A stretch of 34,740 bases of DNA from Rhodospirillaceae bacterium (GTDB lineage: Bacteria; Pseudomonadota; Alphaproteobacteria; UBA11136): NCBI GenBank assembly GCA_018663165.1, contig JABJES010000052.1, positions 1 to 34,740 of the forward strand, read 5' to 3'. How positions within the stretch are numbered: the stretch's first letter is position 1; every line of letters starts with the position of its first letter. The position numbers and the translations under genes were made by a program. The notes below the pieces were generated by a model. It saw only the letters and a list, made by a program, of their open reading frames with translations, was not told the DNA's origin and did not search any database. Of this stretch, positions 8,828 to 16,554 are shown piece after piece.

Positions 8828-9687
8828 TTGAAAAGCCGCCTTTTCCGCCTTATTCCACCTCACGACCAAGCCCTCCAGCAGGCGCAAATGCGCCTAAAAA
8901 GACGGCCGCCTCCACCCCATCTGCCTCCCTGGAAGATGCTTTTTCGCCAAAGCTGATCAGTGAAACCAACGGGCTCGTCGTCACTGATCTCGGCAAACGG
9001 TTCAAGAAGCGGCCGATCCTGCGCGGTGTCGGCCTTTCAGTGCAACGGGGCGAAGCTGTCGGCCTCCTGGGGCCCAACGGGGCGGGAAAGACCACCACTT
9101 TTTACATCATCACCGGACTGATCTCTCCCGATTACGGGAAAATCACCCTCGACGGCTATGACATCACCAGCCTGCCCATGTACCGCCGTTCACGTATGGG
9201 TATCGGTTATCTGCCCCAGGAAGCCTCAATCTTTCGGGGCTTAAGCGTCGAAGACAATATCAGAGCCATTCTCGAAATCGTCGAAGAGAGCCCCGATAAA
9301 AGAGAAAGCCGACTGGACGAACTTCTCGCGGAATTTTCGATCACCCATCTGCGCCGCACCCCCGCTCTTGCCCTTTCGGGTGGCGAACGCCGCCGCGTTG
9401 AAATAGCCCGTTGTCTTGCCTCAAATCCTCATTTCATCCTGCTGGACGAACCCCTGGCCGGCATTGACCCAATTGCCGTAAGCGAGATTCGCGACCTGGT
9501 TTCCCACCTGAAAGACAGGGGAATCGGAGTCTTGATAACCGACCACAACGTCCGTGAGACTTTGGAAATCGTTGATCGTGCCTATATCCTCCATGACGGC
9601 ATGGTACTGATGGAAGGCAAACCCTCCGAGATTGTTTCCCACAAGGAAGTGCGTCGGGTCTATCTCGGGGAACGTTTCAGCCTGTAA
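8824..9687 (+). CDS. lptB: LPS export ABC transporter ATP-binding protein LptB
   Basis: Walker A GPNGAGKTTTF, signature LSGGERRRVEIAR, Walker B FILLDEP. ATGA overlap with the lptA stop. About 48 aa of Pro/Ser/Ala-rich N-terminal extension. Confidence 0.93.
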   Translation: MIEKPPFPPYSTSRPSPPAGANAPKKTAASTPSASLEDAFSPKLISETNGLVVTDLGKRFKKRPILRGVGLSVQRGEAVGLLGPNGAGKTTTFYIITGLISPDYGKITLDGYDITSLPMYRRSRMGIGYLPQEASIFRGLSVEDNIRAILEIVEESPDKRESRLDELLAEFSITHLRRTPALALSGGERRRVEIARCLASNPHFILLDEPLAGIDPIAVSEIRDLVSHLKDRGIGVLITDHNVRETLEIVDRAYILHDGMVLMEGKPSEIVSHKEVRRVYLGERFSL

Positions 9688-9711
9688 CCCCTCGGATTTA
9701 AGAACAGATCA

Positions 9712-11256
9712 ATGGCAATAACCCCCAGACTGGATATCCGGCAAGGTCAATCCCTCGTCATGACGCCGCAATTGCAGCAGGCGATCAAGCTGCTGCAATT
9801 CAGTAATGCCGAACTTGCCAGCTTCCTTGACGAGGAGCTGGAGAAGAACCCGCTGCTTGAGCGTGAAGACCCAGACGGCTCCCAGCGTGGTGATGGCGTC
9901 GAGGACCACTCTGAAGGGAAAGACGAAGCCGTTCCCCCTGACAGCCTTGATTACGCCGATTCGGAAAACATTCCTGCCAGCGAGGACGCCCCTCTGGATG
10001 CTGATTACGAAAACCTCTGGTCAAGCAACAGCGCCGCCGAAGGAAGAAGCGAGGCCGCGTTGGGACCGGGCGACGGCCCCAACATCGAATCCCTCGCCCC
10101 CTGGGGCAGCGGCGGGCGACCTGATTTTTCCGAAAACGATTCCAGGACCGATCATGCCCTGACCCGCGAAGAAAGCCTGCGCGAGCATCTCTCGGATCAA
10201 CTGACCATAGATATTAGCGACCCGGCCGAACGGGTCATCGGCTTGCATCTCATTGATACCCTTAATGAATCTGGGTATTTCACCGGTGAAACCGCAGAAA
10301 TTGGGACGATCCTCGGCTGCAGCACCGAAGATGTTGAAGCGGTTCTGGAAAAAATGCGCGAATTCGACCCGCCCGGTATTTTCGCCCGCAATCTTGCCGA
10401 TTGCCTCGCCCTGCAGCTCAAAGATATGAACCGCCTGGATCCGGTGATTGAAAAACTACTCGACAACCTCGACCTTCTGGGCAAACACGACTTCACAGCG
10501 CTGAAAAAACTTTGTGCCGTCGATGATGAAGATTTTGCCGACATGGTGGCCGAAATTCGCACCCTCAACCCAAAACCGGCCCATGCCTTCGATCATGATG
10601 TCGCCCAGCCGATTACGCCCGACGTTATCATGCGTCAGAGCCCTAAAGGTGGCTGGATCATTGAGCTCAACAGCGAATCTCTGCCCCGGGTTCTGATCAA
10701 CAACCAGTATTATGCAAAACTCAGTCAAAATTCAGCCGACAAATCCGAAAAAGAATTCATCTCCGAATGTTTCAATTCCGCCAACTGGCTGGTGAAATCC
10801 CTTCACCAGAGGGCGACGACCATCCTCAAGGTTGCAACTGAAATCGTCCGCCAGCAGGACTCCTTTTTCATGCACGGCGTCCAGCACCTCAAACCGCTCG
10901 TTCTACGCAATATCGCTGAGGCTATCGACATGCACGAAAGCACCGTCAGCCGGGTCACCGCGAACAAATATATGGCCACCCCACGCGGCAATTACGAACT
11001 GAAGTATTTCTTCACCTCTTCTATTTCCGGCACCAATATCGGCGACGATGCCCATTCGGCAGAATCAGTGCGCCACCGGATCAAGGTGCTGATCGACGCT
11101 GAGGTCACCGGCGCCATTCTTTCAGATGACCGGATTGTCGAGATTCTCAATGGTGAGGGGATCGATATTGCGCGGCGCACAGTGGCCAAATATCGCGAAG
11201 CCCTGCGGATTCCCTCTTCCATTCAGCGTCGGCGGGAAAAATCAAACGACATGTAA
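9712..11256 (+). CDS. rpoN: RNA polymerase sigma-54 factor RpoN
   Basis: 514 aa. Region I LDIRQGQSLVMTPQLQQAIKLLQ, an acidic region II, and the C-terminal RpoN box ARRTVAKYRE. Confidence 0.96.
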   Translation: MAITPRLDIRQGQSLVMTPQLQQAIKLLQFSNAELASFLDEELEKNPLLEREDPDGSQRGDGVEDHSEGKDEAVPPDSLDYADSENIPASEDAPLDADYENLWSSNSAAEGRSEAALGPGDGPNIESLAPWGSGGRPDFSENDSRTDHALTREESLREHLSDQLTIDISDPAERVIGLHLIDTLNESGYFTGETAEIGTILGCSTEDVEAVLEKMREFDPPGIFARNLADCLALQLKDMNRLDPVIEKLLDNLDLLGKHDFTALKKLCAVDDEDFADMVAEIRTLNPKPAHAFDHDVAQPITPDVIMRQSPKGGWIIELNSESLPRVLINNQYYAKLSQNSADKSEKEFISECFNSANWLVKSLHQRATTILKVATEIVRQQDSFFMHGVQHLKPLVLRNIAEAIDMHESTVSRVTANKYMATPRGNYELKYFFTSSISGTNIGDDAHSAESVRHRIKVLIDAEVTGAILSDDRIVEILNGEGIDIARRTVAKYREALRIPSSIQRRREKSNDM

Positions 11257-11290
11257 AAACCCGGCTATTAACCTTTAAAAAGAGGCTCTC

Positions 11291-11319
11291 TTGACTTCAA
11301 ACTCCGCCCTGACTACCTT
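11291..11319 (+). promoter_or_regulatory. candidate sigma70-type promoter in the rpoN-hpf spacer
   Basis: TTGACT (11291-11296), a 17-nt spacer, then TACCTT (11314-11319). The -10 element is weak. Confidence 0.3.
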
Positions 11320-11413
11320 TCGATCCTTTCTAGGGGAGCGTAAAACAATGACCACTAAAACGGTCTTGCGTTTCACTATCACCTTCCACACTCACAATCA
11401 GGTGGCCTGACCT

Positions 11414-12013
11414 ATGCAGCTTTCCGTCAAGGGTAAGCAAATTGACGTTGGCGATGCGCTAACGACCCACGTTCAATCCGCCCTCACTTCAACCGTTTCA
11501 AAATATTTTGATAATGCCCTCGAAGGCACGGTGCACTTTTCCCGCGAAGGAACACTGTTCCGGACCGATATTTCCGTCCACGTCGGACACAATATTCTGG
11601 TCCAGAGCCATAACGAGGCAGATGAGCCCTATGCCGCCTTCGACCTCGCCTGCGAAAAGCTCGGCAAACGCCTGCGGCGCTATAAACGGCGTCTGCGCGA
11701 TCATCACAAAGAGCGTTCCGCCAAGGAATCAATTGCCGCCCAGCAATACATTCTCGCGCCGTCAGAAGAAGAGGAAGATTCCGAAGCACAAGCCGCAGAC
11801 CAGCCGATCATCATCGCCGAGATGACGACCGAGGTTGCCACCATGACCGTCAGCCAGGCGGTTATGCGTATGGATCTTGCCGAACTGCCGGCGCTGCTTT
11901 TTCACAACAGCGCCCATGGCGGACTGAACATGGTTTATCACCGCCAGGACGGCAATGTCGGCTGGATCGACCCCGCAAAAAGCACGACAAACAAGAAAAC
12001 CACAGCCGCCTGA
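11414..12013 (+). CDS. hpf: ribosome hibernation promoting factor (long HPF)
   Basis: 199 aa. N-terminal RaiA/sigma54-modulation fold plus the C-terminal long-HPF domain (PIIIAEMTTEVATMTVSQAVMRMDL...MVYHRQDGNVGWIDP). Canonical position after rpoN. Confidence 0.9.
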   Translation: MQLSVKGKQIDVGDALTTHVQSALTSTVSKYFDNALEGTVHFSREGTLFRTDISVHVGHNILVQSHNEADEPYAAFDLACEKLGKRLRRYKRRLRDHHKERSAKESIAAQQYILAPSEEEEDSEAQAADQPIIIAEMTTEVATMTVSQAVMRMDLAELPALLFHNSAHGGLNMVYHRQDGNVGWIDPAKSTTNKKTTAA

Positions 12014-12033
12014 TCCTTGGCGAGGTGCCTAAG

Positions 12034-12498
12034 ATGGAAATGCACAACCTTATCCCCCTCGAATGCGTTGTCCCTGACCTCAGGGCCAAAAGCAAGAAAC
12101 AGGCGCTTCAGGAGTTATCCAAGCGTATCGCACCAATCGTCGATCAGGACGAAATGTCGATCTTCGACGTTCTTCTGGAACGGGAAAAGCTCGGCACCAC
12201 TGGCGTCGGCATGGGGATCGCTATTCCTCACGGAAAACTGCCCGGACTCGAGCGGCTCCACGGGATGTTCGCCCGCCTTGAGCAGCCAATCGATTTCGAG
12301 GCCATTGACGAACAGCCTGTGGACCTTATTTTCCTTCTGCTGGCCCCGGAATCAGCCGGTGCCGACCATCTCAAGGCTCTGGCCAAGGTGTCCCGGCTTC
12401 TGCGCGACGAAACCATCTGTGAAAAACTCAGGCGCCTCTCATCGGCTAAGGAAATCCACGCCCTCCTGACCACGGCACCAGCCAGTAACGCCGCCTGA
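12034..12498 (+). CDS. ptsN: PTS EIIA-Ntr (nitrogen regulatory protein PtsN)
   Basis: Conserved AKSKKQALQEL and the phospho-His region GIAIPHGK. The track start 12025 is GTG. ATG 12034 sits 8 nt after GAGG and is preferred. Confidence 0.9.
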   Translation: MEMHNLIPLECVVPDLRAKSKKQALQELSKRIAPIVDQDEMSIFDVLLEREKLGTTGVGMGIAIPHGKLPGLERLHGMFARLEQPIDFEAIDEQPVDLIFLLLAPESAGADHLKALAKVSRLLRDETICEKLRRLSSAKEIHALLTTAPASNAA

Positions 12499-12504
12499 TT
12501 CCAA

Positions 12505-12542
12505 CGCCGAACACCGCTCGCCGAACACCGCTCGCTGAACGC
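12505..12542. repeat. tandem 14-bp repeat CGCCGAACACCGCT, 2 copies plus a degenerate 3rd
   Basis: Copies at 12505-12518 and 12519-12532, followed by CGCTGAACGC. It lies between the ptsN stop and the terminator hairpin. Confidence 0.9.
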
Positions 12543-12544
12543 AA

Positions 12545-12590
12545 AAGGCCGCGCCTCCTGAATAAGGAAATGCGGCCTTAGGTTTGTTTG
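12545..12590. terminator. hairpin terminator between convergent ptsN and DUF1150 genes
   Basis: AAGGCCGC (12545-12552) pairs with GCGGCCTT (12572-12579). It is followed by AGGTTTGTTTGG on the plus strand. The 19-nt loop is large. Confidence 0.55.
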
Positions 12591-12652
12591 GCGTAAATCT
12601 TCAGACTGACATCATGGCCGGAGGCTCTTCGGATTGCCCGGCAAGGGACAGC

Positions 12653-12868
12653 CTAATGGATGCTAACCGGCTCCAGGCCGTTTTCCAGCACAGCGGCAAT
12701 GGCCTCGTCTTCATTGTCGAACAGACCCGCCTGGGACCCATCAGCCGTATGGACGGCATAACAGGCCGCGCCCGCCTCGCTGACAGGCCGGATATAGGCA
12801 ATCCCGAGACTTCCCAAGGCGAGGAAATCCTGAGGCGACATTTGCTTTAAATCGTCCAGACCAGACAT
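12653..12868 (-). CDS. DUF1150 family small protein (hsp20-associated)
   Basis: 71 aa. GIAYIRPV...AVHTADGS...ENGLEPVSIH resembles DUF1150 proteins that follow hsp20 in alphaproteobacteria. SD AAGGTG lies 8 nt before the ATG. Confidence 0.75.
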   Translation of the reverse strand: MSGLDDLKQMSPQDFLALGSLGIAYIRPVSEAGAACYAVHTADGSQAGLFDNEDEAIAAVLENGLEPVSIH

Positions 12869-12914
12869 CGTTTTTACACCTTGTTCATTTGCTTCTTGTT
12901 CCTACCGCCCAGAC

Positions 12915-13394
12915 TTACGAGGCTTCTTTGCGAAAGTCTACCTCAACCGTGCCGTCTTTGTCGCCGGATGAAGACGTTTTTTCGCTGGCGGCGTTGATTT
13001 CGATGGTCCGCGCCCGTTTTTCCACCTTAGGACGGGCGAATTTTATGTTGAGCAGACCATTATCGAGGCTCGCGCCGGTGATCTCAATGCCTTCCGCGAG
13101 CACAAAACTGCGCTGGAACTGACGGGCAGCGATGCCGCGATGGAGAAAGATGCGCTCGTCATTTTCTTCCTGCCTGCCACGAACGACAAGCTGGTTGTCC
13201 TCAACCACAATGCTGAGTTCATCCTGAGCAAAACCGGCGACGGCCAGAGTGATTTGCAATCCGTCTTCATCGAGTTGTTCAATGTTATAGGGGGGATAGC
13301 CATCACTGGACGCCTTGGAAATATGATCAAGCGCCCGTTCGAATTGATCGAATCCGAGTAAAAGCGGGCTATTAAAGAGAGATAAACGGGTCAT
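12915..13394 (-). CDS. small heat shock protein, Hsp20/IbpA family
   Basis: 159 aa. PPYNIEQLDEDGLQITLAVAGF...LVVRGRQ...FLHRGIAARQFQRSFVLAEGIEITGASLDNGLLNI forms an alpha-crystallin domain. Strong SD AGGAGGAGG. Confidence 0.93.
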   Translation of the reverse strand: MTRLSLFNSPLLLGFDQFERALDHISKASSDGYPPYNIEQLDEDGLQITLAVAGFAQDELSIVVEDNQLVVRGRQEENDERIFLHRGIAARQFQRSFVLAEGIEITGASLDNGLLNIKFARPKVEKRARTIEINAASEKTSSSGDKDGTVEVDFRKEAS

Positions 13395-13482
13395 GATGCA
13401 ACCTCCTCCTTACGTGATGAGCGAGATACAAGTCCAGGCCCTCAACAGGCACCCGGAGAACGGAACAATATGCCCCGCTCCC
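13395..13482 (-). promoter_or_regulatory. candidate ROSE-like RNA thermometer in the hsp20 5' UTR
   Basis: The leader reads ...AUCUCGCUCAUCACGUAAGGAGGAGGUUGCAUCAUG. The 5' segment AUCUC(G)CUC contains the ROSE UYGCU motif. It can pair with GAGGAGGU of the SD, leaving one bulged G. Confidence 0.45.
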
Positions 13483-13487
13483 AAACC

Positions 13488-13515
13488 ATATATGTCCCGC
13501 CAGGTGGTTTTCAAG
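13488..13515 (-). promoter_or_regulatory. sigma32 (RpoH)-type heat-shock promoter of hsp20
   Basis: The minus strand reads CCCTCTTGAAAACCACCTGGCGGGACATATATGG. This compares with the consensus CCCTTGAA-N13-15-CCCCATNT. The spacer is about 1 nt short. Confidence 0.5.
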
Positions 13516-13737
13516 AGGGGGGGGCACACCCCCCTCTCCAATAGCTTCTCATCCCCCTCGTTTGCCGCAACAATTGACGTTCGAGGGCAAAAAAGGGCAT
13601 GTTGACTGGTCCCGGCATCAGACTTTCAGCGTTTGGCCGTCGGGCAGGGCCTTCTCCCGGCAGCCAAAACACCGCCAGGTGTTATGACAGAACGTTTGAC
13701 AGGGCGCTTGGGGAGAAAACCATGAAAGGATCGATCA

Positions 13738-14085
13738 ATGCGTGGAAGAAGCACTGAACCGGTAAAATTGAGGCCCGGCATTGAGGTCCGCGATGCCGCT
13801 CACAGCATGGAGATCGAACAATGGGCTTGGCAACGGGTCCAGTCCATGCGCGCTTTTTACACCCATCTCATGATCTATTGCGTGGTCAACTTTGCTCTTC
13901 TGATCATTGATCTTGCCAGCCCCGGCGACCCCTGGTTTTTCTATCCGCTGCTGGGATGGGGGTTGGGTCTAGGTATCCACGCCGCCCAGACCTTTGAGCG
14001 CCTGCCCTGGTTCACCCGCGACTGGGAACAGCGCAAGGTGCAGGAACTGATCGAAGAAAAGATTGGCCCCCCGCCCCAGGCCTGA
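13738..14085 (+). CDS. 2TM domain-containing membrane protein
   Basis: 115 aa. RAFYTHLMIYCVVNFALLIIDLASPGDPWFFYPLLGWGLGLGIHA matches the 2TM-domain pattern. SD AAGGA lies 7 nt before the ATG. Confidence 0.7.
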   Translation: MRGRSTEPVKLRPGIEVRDAAHSMEIEQWAWQRVQSMRAFYTHLMIYCVVNFALLIIDLASPGDPWFFYPLLGWGLGLGIHAAQTFERLPWFTRDWEQRKVQELIEEKIGPPPQA

Positions 14086-14199
14086 GATTCAGAGGCCTAC
14101 AGAGGCAAGCAGCGCCCGAACCCGGCCCAGGCCCCCGACAGATCCGGGGGGCAAACTTTCAGAAAAAATCAGTTCTTGGAATTAAGGAATAAAGCCAGC

Positions 14200-14586
14200 T
14201 CAGGCTTTGACGTCGAGAAGGGCGTCGTCCATTTCCTCACCTGTACGGAGAATGGCCGCAGCAGCCTTGTAGCTGGTCAGCGCAATGGCCTGGTTGACGG
14301 TTTCTTCGGCGTAATTGACGGCGGGAAAAGCCGCCAGCCCGGTTTCACTGGCATCGTCATGCTCGATGAAGGGTTCTCTGTCGAGCTCTTTGACGGTCAC
14401 CCTTACACCACCCAGCTCAAGGCTCGACTGAGCGACGGCAAGCGGCGCATAAACACCCTCGGGGATCTTCGTCTTGTCTTTTAGCGCCGTCCCCGTGCGC
14501 GCATTGGCAACGTTCTGCGACGACACAGCAAGGCGGGTCGAAGAAGCGCGAAGGGCGGTCAGGGCAGATGCGCGGGCGGGTTCCAT
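14200..14586 (-). CDS. flagellar basal-body rod family (FlgC-like) protein, orphan
   Basis: N-terminal rod motif ALRASSTRLAVSSQNVANARTG. C-terminal rod motif VNYAEETVNQAIALTSYKAAAAILRTGEEMDDALLDV. The frame is open to TTG 14622. ATG 14586 was chosen, and neither start has a good SD. Confidence 0.6.
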   Translation of the reverse strand: MEPARASALTALRASSTRLAVSSQNVANARTGTALKDKTKIPEGVYAPLAVAQSSLELGGVRVTVKELDREPFIEHDDASETGLAAFPAVNYAEETVNQAIALTSYKAAAAILRTGEEMDDALLDVKA

Positions 14587-14787
14587 GGTCGCAGCTTGCC
14601 ACGGAATTCTGCTGAATGTCAAGTTTTATCTTTATATATCAATGGGTTACAAAAATTTAACTTAAATGCAACCTATTCCAGCCAAACTTTCTCCCCACCA
14701 TGCGATTAAGCAAGGGTGTGCGCTTGCGTCCAAACAGCTAGAATGGGCCTGAAAACAGCGGGCACCACTTAAAAAGAGAGGTCTGAC

Positions 14788-14994
14788 ATGGATAAGATGC
14801 GACGACTGAGCGACAAGATTCTGGCCGCCCACGAACAGGCCTGCAACGAGGCCAAGCCTGATGTCGCAAAACTGCTGCTAGAAGCCCTTGAGATGGACCT
14901 CTCAGCAATGGGTGGCGGCGGGAATACTGAGAACAGGACCTATATGGAAGAGATCGAAAAAGCCTACGAACGCCAGGATAAAATCGAAAGCTGA
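14788..14994 (+). CDS. small helical hypothetical protein
   Basis: 68 aa. SD AGAGAGG lies 6 nt before the ATG. Helical, charged sequence with an internal GGGG linker. I recognise no family. Confidence 0.5.
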   Translation: MDKMRRLSDKILAAHEQACNEAKPDVAKLLLEALEMDLSAMGGGGNTENRTYMEEIEKAYERQDKIES

Positions 14995-15056
14995 GAAACA
15001 CCCCCCTGCCTGGCCTGAATTCCCCGTCGTCCACGGAGCTGACGCGACAACCGGAA

Positions 15057-15095
15057 CGTAATGCTGCCCGGCTCCACTCCCCCGTAATGCTGCCC
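15057..15095. repeat. two exact 13-bp direct repeats CGTAATGCTGCCC, 26 bp start to start
   Basis: Copies at 15057-15069 and 15083-15095, in the spacer upstream of the receiver-kinase gene. Confidence 0.9.
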
Positions 15096-15223
15096 TGCCT
15101 CCCGCCCCACTACCTCTAATCCCTTCCCGCCCGATTGCGGCTTGGTATTAGCCAAAAATTAATACCCGACTGCTATAGTCTGATATTACGTCGGGAAATT
15201 ATTTTGAGCGGGAACTTAATCAA

Positions 15224-16507
15224 ATGGCGCATTCAGCCGACTTCAATGGTCCGGGCACACCAGGCCCAAATCTCATGGAGAGTATGAAAACGACTCTTTC
15301 GGCATCGTCAAAAGTGCTGATCGTCGATGACGAGCCGGACATCGTCGAAGAGGTGATCGAACGCCTGACAAAGGAGGGGCTGGATTGCATCCCGGCCTAT
15401 AACGCCGCAGAAGCGATGGACCTTGTGGACAAGAGACCGGATATCGGCGTCGTCGTTACCGATATCCGCATGCCGGGCATGAACGGCATCGATATGGCAC
15501 GGGAACTCAAGGAGAACCTTGAAGAGGACCGCGACATTTACGTCATCGTCGTTACCGGTCACGCCGGCATGCAGGAGGCCATCGAAGCGCTGAAAGTGGG
15601 GGCCGAGGATTTTCTCACCAAGCCGGTCTCTCCCGATCACCTGATCCATTCCGTACGCCGGGCCGAAGAAACCATCCAGTTGCGCCACAATGAGCGCGAA
15701 TTCCACGAAAGATTGGAGCGCGAAGTGGTGAAAAGAACCGCCGAGGCGCGCGCCCTGACGAAAAGTCTGGATAAAAATAATCTGGAACTGATCAAGGCGA
15801 ACCGGGTCAAGGACGAATTCCTCGCCATCATCAGCCATGAGTTGCGCAGCCCCCTGCACGGTATCATCGCCCTTGCCGAGCTGATCCAGATGTCCCAGGG
15901 CAAAGATAGCCCTGAAACCTACCTCGAATATGCCGAGATTATCCTCAAGGAGGGCAACCGGCTTTCTGAGACCGTTGACATGATGCTCACCCTCTCGGCG
16001 GGCAACCAGGGGCTGATTGAACTGAACCCCAAGCCCATCCCTGTGCGGCCGCTGCTCGCAAGAGTTCTCGCGCTGACGGAAGAAACGATACAAGAAAAAA
16101 ACATTGCTCTCCACATCGACGAAGTCCCCGAGACCCTGATTATTACCGCCGACGAAAAATACATGGCCCAAGCCCTGGGCTGCCTTATCAATAATGCCGT
16201 CAAATTTTCATCCAGAGACGCAGAGATTCACATCTGCGCCGATGAAACGCCGGATGCCTGGCATTTCATCCTCCGCGACAATGGCCCCGGTATGAGCGAA
16301 GCCGAAATTGCCATCGCCTTTGAGCCCTTGCGCCAGGTCGACGGCTCGCTCTCCCGCCGCCACGAGGGCTGCGGCGCAGGAATCAATATCGCCACCACCC
16401 TGACTGAGCTCCATGGTGGAAGCCTGGAGATCGATAGCACCCCCGGCGAGGGAACGGCGGTGACAATCACCCTGCCGCGTAACCGGGAAACCGGCGTTGA
16501 GGCCTGA
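15224..16507 (+). CDS. hybrid receiver-histidine kinase (REC-HisKA-HATPase_c, no sensor or TM domain)
   Basis: REC: KVLIVDDEPD, VVVTDIRMPGMNG, FLTKP. H-box ISHELRSPL. N-box LINNAVKF. G1 RDNGPGM. G2 GCGAGINIA. The start may be 15224 or an internal ATG. Confidence 0.88.
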   Translation: MAHSADFNGPGTPGPNLMESMKTTLSASSKVLIVDDEPDIVEEVIERLTKEGLDCIPAYNAAEAMDLVDKRPDIGVVVTDIRMPGMNGIDMARELKENLEEDRDIYVIVVTGHAGMQEAIEALKVGAEDFLTKPVSPDHLIHSVRRAEETIQLRHNEREFHERLEREVVKRTAEARALTKSLDKNNLELIKANRVKDEFLAIISHELRSPLHGIIALAELIQMSQGKDSPETYLEYAEIILKEGNRLSETVDMMLTLSAGNQGLIELNPKPIPVRPLLARVLALTEETIQEKNIALHIDEVPETLIITADEKYMAQALGCLINNAVKFSSRDAEIHICADETPDAWHFILRDNGPGMSEAEIAIAFEPLRQVDGSLSRRHEGCGAGINIATTLTELHGGSLEIDSTPGEGTAVTITLPRNRETGVEA

Positions 16508-16554
16508 GCCCGCATCAACAACCAGTTGAGTGAAATTTGAAAGAAATAAACTTT

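Noticed and set aside
14664-14685. Sigma54-like element TTGGCTGGAATAGGTTGCATTT (minus strand) upstream of the FlgC-like gene.
   Set aside because: Neither GG dinucleotide sits at the canonical GG-N10-GC distance from the TTGC. The spacing is two too long or two too short, so it is not a credible -24/-12 promoter.
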